Of a stretch of DNA of 32,000 bases, positions 26,901-32,000 are shown in pieces. The stretch's first letter is position 1. Every line of letters begins with the position of its first letter. This stretch comes from Candidatus Saganbacteria bacterium (GTDB lineage: Bacteria; Margulisbacteria; WOR-1; JAKLHX01). Under the pieces are notes generated by a model. The model had not been told where the DNA came from and did no database searches. It saw nothing but the letters and a program-made list of their open reading frames with translations. The stretch spans positions 30,001 to 62,000 of the forward strand of contig JAPLKZ010000005.1 in assembly GCA_026387835.1 (NCBI GenBank), written 5' to 3'. The translations under genes and the position numbers were made by a program.

Positions 26901-27090
26901 CATGAAAAAGACCGCTAAGGTCATATATTTTTGTCACTAAGCAGACGACCTCCGTGCAGCAGATGCAGTGGATGAACGAGTTCTTTAAAAAATATAAACT
27001 GGAAGATTACTGGGAAGAGTGAGACGACATTAGAGTTTTTACGCTTTTCCCTTTCGTGATAGAATATTCTTGACAGGAGATCAATCTAAT

Positions 27091-27621
27091 ATGGAAACCT
27101 ATCTTAACGCTTTTCTCAGTGCATCCGCACATTACGCGCCGAATATAATCGCGGCGATAGTCATTTATATCTTAGGCCGGTGGGTGGCTTCGATCGCGGC
27201 GAAGATGACAGAAAGAATACTGACCGTCCAGAAGATCAACCTGACCTTTGTCTCATTCGTAAAGAACACGGCCTATTACGGGATCATGACCTTTGTCGTG
27301 ATCATCATCCTGAACAAGCTCGGGGTGGAGACGACTTCCTTTCTCGCGATCCTGGGCGCAGCCGGCCTGGCCGTTGCCCTGGCCCTTCAGGGATCGCTCT
27401 CGAACTTTGCCGCAGGTGTCATGATAATATTTTTTCAGCCTTTTAACATAGGGGACTATATAGAAGCGGCAGGGGCCTCTGGTGTCGGAGGGGTCCAGGG
27501 CAGGGTAGATGAGATACAGATATTCAATACCATCATGTCCAACGGGAATAAAAAAATGATCGTGCCCAACTCAAAGATAACTGCTGATATAATAACGATA
27601 CACGCCGACAAAAAAGGCTGA
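27091..27621 (+). CDS. Mechanosensitive channel MscS-like protein, C-terminally short
   Basis: TM3-like AAGLAVALALQGSLSNFAAGVMIIFFQPFNIGDYIEAAGASGVGGVQGRVDEIQIFNTIMSNGNKKMIVPNSKI, then a stop where the C-terminal alpha/beta domain should begin. Confidence 0.82.
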   Translation: METYLNAFLSASAHYAPNIIAAIVIYILGRWVASIAAKMTERILTVQKINLTFVSFVKNTAYYGIMTFVVIIILNKLGVETTSFLAILGAAGLAVALALQGSLSNFAAGVMIIFFQPFNIGDYIEAAGASGVGGVQGRVDEIQIFNTIMSNGNKKMIVPNSKITADIITIHADKKG

Positions 27622-27648
27622 TTCCATTTTTAAAAAGGAGAAAAGATA

Positions 27649-28725
27649 GTGAAGAAATTATTTATTCTGATCTTTTCGGTTTGTCTTTTAATCCCGTCGA
27701 CAGCGTCCGCCTGCACAGATTTTGTGGTCAAGGCAAAAGATAATACGGTCGTCAACGGCCGCTCCATGGAATTTCCGATCGACCTCAAATCCGAGATCCT
27801 GATCATTCCCAGAGGAATTCAACACACGTGCGCAGATAAAAAAGGGATCAGAGGTTCCAATTGGACGTCTAAATACGGTTTCTTGGGCATCAACGCATTC
27901 GGGCTTAAAGATTGTTTTGTTGAAGGGTTCAATGAGAAGGGGCTGGCTGTGGGAGGACTGATGTTCGGCGATGCAAAGTACCAGAAAGCGGCCCCGGGCA
28001 AATTTGTCCCGGTTGATTCTCTGGCCGCATGGATCCTGGGGAACTTTGCAACGGTAGATGATGTAAAGGCGGCGCTTCCTACAGTAACGGTCTGCGATAC
28101 TGACGTTAAGAAACTTAAAAGTCTGGGAATGCACATCGCAGTTCATGATGCCACAGGGAAAAATCTTGTGATCGAATTCATCGGCGGGCAAATAAAAGTA
28201 TATGACAACCCCCTTGGCGTTATGACCAACAGTCCTGACTTTCCCTGGCAGATGACCAATCTAAGGAACTATATCAATCTTGATTCCCTCAATAGAGCGC
28301 CAAAGACATTGAACAGCGTAAGGATCGAGCCGACAGGGGTTGGCAGCGGATTGCTTGGACTTCCGGGGGATTGGACCCCGCCTTCCCGCTTTGTCCGCAT
28401 GGCTATCTGCAAGGATACCGCTCTCAAGCCCGGGAATGCAAAAGAAGCAGTAAATCTTGCGGAACATTTGTTGAATATGGTGGATATTCCCAAAGGAGCG
28501 ATCAAAGAAAAACCAGAGTCTTTCATCACTATGTACGGTTACGCCCAATGGGTGCTGATAAAAGACTTAACAAACAAAGTGCTTTATTACAAGACCTATG
28601 ATAATTCAGCATGGAAATCCGTTGACCTTAAAAAATTCGATCTAAAACCCGGGGCGGCAATAAGATCCATTGCTATAGACAGCAACATCCTGTCGGTTAC
28701 AGATGTAAGCGGACAGCTGAAATAG
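27649..28725 (+). CDS. Secreted choloylglycine hydrolase/penicillin V acylase family protein (linear amide C-N hydrolase)
   Basis: Signal peptide ending before CTDFVVKAKDNTVVNGRSMEF (N-terminal nucleophile Cys), GLNEKGLAVGGLMFG-like segment, GVMTNSPDFPWQMTNLRNY. Confidence 0.88.
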   Translation: MKKLFILIFSVCLLIPSTASACTDFVVKAKDNTVVNGRSMEFPIDLKSEILIIPRGIQHTCADKKGIRGSNWTSKYGFLGINAFGLKDCFVEGFNEKGLAVGGLMFGDAKYQKAAPGKFVPVDSLAAWILGNFATVDDVKAALPTVTVCDTDVKKLKSLGMHIAVHDATGKNLVIEFIGGQIKVYDNPLGVMTNSPDFPWQMTNLRNYINLDSLNRAPKTLNSVRIEPTGVGSGLLGLPGDWTPPSRFVRMAICKDTALKPGNAKEAVNLAEHLLNMVDIPKGAIKEKPESFITMYGYAQWVLIKDLTNKVLYYKTYDNSAWKSVDLKKFDLKPGAAIRSIAIDSNILSVTDVSGQLK

Positions 28726-28747
28726 CATTCATCAATAACTTCGTGTC

Positions 28748-29917
28748 TTAATGGCAGTGATGGCAGTGCTCTCCTTCTTCGGGAAGAGGGTTGTCCATTT
28801 CTTTGAGCATAGCGGGCCCTCCCGTTTTCAGGAACCTGAAAAGCATCACTAATGATAGAAGGATGAAGATGATGTTCAGGACCGTCGTATAATTGAAAGT
28901 TATCATCATGTGCATCGCTTCAAAGTTCCGTCTTGCCGGTATAAGGTTAAAATATCCGAATATCATCTCTACCAGAAATCCGGCAAGCGCCATGGCGGCG
29001 TATGAAGTGAAGAAAAGAAATACCATCATCCTGCTGCCGTAGTATTTCCTGTAAATGTTGAGTATTGGTATGATCAAGAGGTCCGCGAAAATAAAGGATA
29101 TGACCCCGCCAAAACTGATGCCTCCCGCCCAGAGGATCGCGGCAAGAGGGACATTGCCGATCGAGCAGACGAATGAGAGCATGGAGACGAGCGGCCCGAT
29201 AAGAGGGCCCCAGAGTTTTGCGAGAAGATCGTTATTTGAAAAGAAAAACGACTGCCAGAAATTATCGGGCACGCAGACTGCCAGGACACTGGCGATGCCA
29301 AGTCCGAGCAGGATATCTTTCCAGAGCGAGTACCAGTCCATGAAGAAATAATGTGTTGTTGCGGTATAGCCCTTTGATGAGAACATCCTCTGAAAAATGC
29401 TACCTTCCGAAAGCGACATATCCATAGCCGCATGGCCTTCCATGGAGCCGGGCAGTCTTTTATTTGCCTGAACAAAAGCCTCGTCGACCATCTGTTTTTT
29501 CAGGAATATCCTGAACAGCAAAGCAAGCGTTATTATCATCAGCGGCCCGCCGACGAACTCCGCAAGGGTGAACTGCCAGCCGAGGAGGACTGCCATGATG
29601 ATGCCGAGCTCAAGCACGAGGTTCGTGGATGCGAATTCAAAAGCGATCGTAGCCGTGAAGTTCGCGCCCTTGCGGAACATGGACCTGGCGATTGCGGTTG
29701 CCGCATAAGAACAGGAGGAAGATGCCGCGCCCAAGCCGGCCGCAATGGTAAGGGTCTTAGGCGAATTGTCCGGAAGAAGCTTTGCCATTTCTTTTTTGGA
29801 CACGATTGCCTGTATCAACGCGGAGATACCGAACCCGAGTATCAGCGCCCACAGGATCTCCCAGAACATCGCGAACAGATAAAAAATAAACTGGAGGACT
29901 TTATCTATTGCCATCAT
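28748..29917 (-). CDS. DUF318/YraQ-type permease
   Basis: Multi-TM protein with GAASSSCSYAATAIARSMFRKGANFTATIAFEFASTNLVLELG and SFVCSIGNVPLAAILWAGGISFGGVISFIFADLLIIPI. Start M15/M16 chosen over the ORF-track start. Confidence 0.8.
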   Translation of the reverse strand: MMAIDKVLQFIFYLFAMFWEILWALILGFGISALIQAIVSKKEMAKLLPDNSPKTLTIAAGLGAASSSCSYAATAIARSMFRKGANFTATIAFEFASTNLVLELGIIMAVLLGWQFTLAEFVGGPLMIITLALLFRIFLKKQMVDEAFVQANKRLPGSMEGHAAMDMSLSEGSIFQRMFSSKGYTATTHYFFMDWYSLWKDILLGLGIASVLAVCVPDNFWQSFFFSNNDLLAKLWGPLIGPLVSMLSFVCSIGNVPLAAILWAGGISFGGVISFIFADLLIIPILNIYRKYYGSRMMVFLFFTSYAAMALAGFLVEMIFGYFNLIPARRNFEAMHMMITFNYTTVLNIIFILLSLVMLFRFLKTGGPAMLKEMDNPLPEEGEHCHHCH

Positions 29918-29984
29918 ATAGATAATAATATAATACTGATGACCGGTCAATCGTATCATGTTAGAATATGTTTAACTTAAGATC

Positions 29985-30566
29985 ATGAAAAGAAACCTGT
30001 TTATATCATTATTGCTTTTATGCCTGATCTGTCCTTCCGCTATCGCTGAGGGTAAAAGTCTTTCTTTCGGGATCGGTATCCCGCATTTCGTAAGCGGCTA
30101 TTATCTTATGAAAGCCGGCAGGGGCCTTGAGCTGGGATACGGCGCAGGAGGTCTTTATATCCCGCCGATGAAACAGGCCTGCGGCGCGGATGTCATGATA
30201 AACGGGCTGAACATAGAAGCGATGCTGAGGAAATATATCATCAGTGATCTCTTTGCCGGTGCCAGGGTGGGATATCAGATATTTACGGCGCATTCTATAC
30301 AGGAGGTCAATCCGCCTTTCTATGATTCGACCATCGGCCTGCGGGGCTTCTATCTGACGCCGTCGATCGGATACAATTTCAGGCTGAAAGGCTTCTCGAT
30401 CATACCCGAGGTCGGGGTCCAGATACCTCTGGCATTTGAAAAATATGAAACAAAGGTAGGGCCCGGAGACCTGGAACCTTCGGTGAAGCAGGTTGTTAAT
30501 GACAACATCAACAGAATGAATGCGGCCATGCCTTTTATCCAGATAAATTTCGGTTTTGCTTTTTAA
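29985..30566 (+). CDS. Putative outer membrane beta-barrel protein
   Basis: Signal peptide ending AIAEG, amphipathic strands, and a C-terminal aromatic residue (QINFGFAF). Confidence 0.6.
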   Translation: MKRNLFISLLLLCLICPSAIAEGKSLSFGIGIPHFVSGYYLMKAGRGLELGYGAGGLYIPPMKQACGADVMINGLNIEAMLRKYIISDLFAGARVGYQIFTAHSIQEVNPPFYDSTIGLRGFYLTPSIGYNFRLKGFSIIPEVGVQIPLAFEKYETKVGPGDLEPSVKQVVNDNINRMNAAMPFIQINFGFAF

Positions 30567-30758
30567 GGCGATAAAGTCTTAAAATTAATCCAAGCAAATA
30601 CCCTGTTGATTTCTAAGACAGCCCGTGTTATCATATAGAAGTCGGGATTAATGATTGAGAATTAAAAAGGTCTCTGCTTCTTTTTGTGAGTGTCACCACG
30701 CAAACTGGTCCACTAAATCATTATTCAGCAGAAAAATCTAACAAAGGAGTTTTTATAC

Positions 30759-31055
30759 ATGAAAAGCATATTCGTAGGTAACCTTCCCTGGTCAGCCACG
30801 GACGCGGAAATGACGGAAAAATTTTCCCAGTTCGGCAACGTGATATCGGCCAGAATAGTGAACGATAAGTTCACCGGAAAGTCGCGCGGATTTGGTTTTG
30901 TTGATATGGAAGACGCGGATGCCGCAAAAGCTATAGCCGGGATGACCGGTTACAAGTGGGGCGACCGTGAACTGACAGTCAATGAAGGCAGACCCAAGAC
31001 CGACCGCCCGAGAGACGGCGGCGGCGGCGAAAGACGTTCATTCAACAGATATTAA
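30759..31055 (+). CDS. RNA recognition motif (RRM) RNA-binding protein
   Basis: SIFVGNLPWSATDAEMTEKF (RNP2) and KSRGFGFVDMED (RNP1), Gly/Arg-rich tail. Ribosome-binding site AAAGGAG upstream. Confidence 0.94.
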   Translation: MKSIFVGNLPWSATDAEMTEKFSQFGNVISARIVNDKFTGKSRGFGFVDMEDADAAKAIAGMTGYKWGDRELTVNEGRPKTDRPRDGGGGERRSFNRY

Positions 31056-31077
31056 TTTTAGTATCTTAGATTGATCC

Positions 31078-31107
31078 AGACCCCTGCTTCGGCAGGGGTC
31101 TTTTTTT
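31078..31107 (+). terminator. Rho-independent terminator AGACCCCTGC-ttcg-GCAGGGGTCT-TTTTTT
   Basis: 10 bp stem with a UUCG tetraloop and T-tract, directly downstream of the RRM gene. Confidence 0.93.
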
Positions 31108-31128
31108 ATCAGATGCAGCGAAAACCTC

Positions 31129-31156
31129 TTGACAAGAATTAATATAGTGGTATATT
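31129..31156 (+). promoter_or_regulatory. Sigma70-like promoter TTGACA-N16-TATATT
   Basis: TTGACA 31129-31134 and TATATT 31151-31156, 23 nt before the ATG at 31179, with AAAGGA as ribosome-binding site. Confidence 0.65.
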
Positions 31157-31178
31157 AATAATCACAAAGGAAATATAT

Positions 31179-32000
31179 ATGAAAACAAAAAAAGGTCTAT
31201 ATGTATTTTTTGCTTTCCTCCTGATCGCTCAACTCGGCATTTTTATTTACGGCTGCGGACAGACAAAACAATCATCGGGACCCACAGGCTCAATGTCCAG
31301 CACAAGCGCACTTTCTGTTGTGGTCAAAGACGCAGCTACCGGTTCGATAGTGCCGATGAGCTCAGTCTTTGTCAGCAAATCAAGTGTCACTCCGAGCTCG
31401 CGATTGCATACATCCTCGTCCAGTGACTGGGTAGAGGTCAAGGCCACCGACATGGGCATTGCGGACGTGTCTGACCTGAAAACCGACGCTTCAACGATGC
31501 TCAAAGTGGTAAAGGACGGCTATAAAGAATACGACAAGGTGGTGGATGCTGGGAAATCCATTACAGGCTATACAATTGAAATAGTAAAGACAACAGAGGC
31601 CACGGCAACACCTAAAGACACGGCATTCGATCCGACTTCGTCCGGGGGTTCTTCTACTTTGTATGCCTGCTCCAGCGTTTCCACATGCATGAGCTGCGGA
31701 TGTAATCCTGATTCGTCCATCGCTTGCGGAGGCGCGTGCGGCTGCACTGACAGTTCAACAAGCTGTAAAGGCGGAAAATGCAAAACAAGCGCTGCCGGAG
31801 GGGCAGGGACTTCAAGCTTCGGAAAATGTACGGATGCAGGATGTCCCACGGGATGTAAAAATTGCGGGGCTTGCGCCTGCACTTCCGCAGGAGGCTGCGG
31901 AGGATCTTCAAATTGCCCTATTAAAACATATACCGGAGGCGGAGGCAGCAGTGAATCCAGCGGAGCCTGTGCCGACAGTTTCTGCCCGACAGGATGCAAG
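31179..32000 (+). CDS. Cys-rich lipoprotein, partial (runs off the window)
   Basis: ATG at 31179, open for all 274 codons to the window edge. MKTKKGLYVFFAFLLIAQLGIFIYGCGQTK (lipobox), a carboxypeptidase-regulatory-like middle, then a C-terminal domain with 20 Cys. Not in the ORF track because no stop is reached. Confidence 0.85.
   Translation, partial: MKTKKGLYVFFAFLLIAQLGIFIYGCGQTKQSSGPTGSMSSTSALSVVVKDAATGSIVPMSSVFVSKSSVTPSSRLHTSSSSDWVEVKATDMGIADVSDLKTDASTMLKVVKDGYKEYDKVVDAGKSITGYTIEIVKTTEATATPKDTAFDPTSSGGSSTLYACSSVSTCMSCGCNPDSSIACGGACGCTDSSTSCKGGKCKTSAAGGAGTSSFGKCTDAGCPTGCKNCGACACTSAGGCGGSSNCPIKTYTGGGGSSESSGACADSFCPTGCK

Noticed and set aside
31247-31999. Minus-strand ORFs 31247-31504 and 31568-31999 (Pro/Gln/His-rich)
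   Set aside because: Antisense reading of the Cys/Gly-rich lipoprotein on the plus strand, which has a lipobox, promoter, ribosome-binding site and uninterrupted frame.
1-32000. CRISPR arrays, tRNA, rRNA, transposase or phage genes
   Set aside because: No regularly spaced repeats, tRNA-like cloverleaf or T-arm sequences, or transposase/integrase/phage motifs were recognised. A tRNAscan and Rfam search would be needed to exclude small RNAs formally.

Overview
This 32 kb window appears to come from a Gram-negative-type (LPS-bearing) bacterium. Genes are densely packed. The left half carries envelope biogenesis and tryptophan genes: trpG, FemAB-like, murE, lptD, lnt, a DUF3084 protein, an LptF/G permease, lptB and trpD. 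The centre carries an ECF sigma factor, a tiny one-TM protein (putative anti-sigma), a Spy/CpxP-like LTxxQ protein, an Ig/PKD-repeat lipoprotein and a TolC / HlyD-type adaptor / MacB export operon. The right half carries a type B carboxylesterase, engB, a disrupted C45/AAT-type Ntn hydrolase, a beta-lactamase-fold hydrolase, a shortened MscS, a choloylglycine-hydrolase family protein, a DUF318-type permease, an RRM protein, and an open-ended Cys-rich lipoprotein that the ORF track missed. The main findings are: (1) three near-identical ECF-type promoter motifs (GGAAC-N17/18-GTCTA) lie upstream of the sigma gene, the Spy-like gene and tolC, which predicts a self-contained CnrYXH-like envelope-stress or metal regulon driving a MacB-type exporter; (2) a ~490 bp DUF559 nuclease cassette has perfect 16 bp terminal inverted repeats and covarying 11 bp hairpins, and its end supplies the putative ribosome-binding site of trpG; (3) a lipoprotein at the window edge has 20 Cys in about 113 residues. 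No tRNA, rRNA or CRISPR array was recognised. All family calls come from reading motifs, with no database search.
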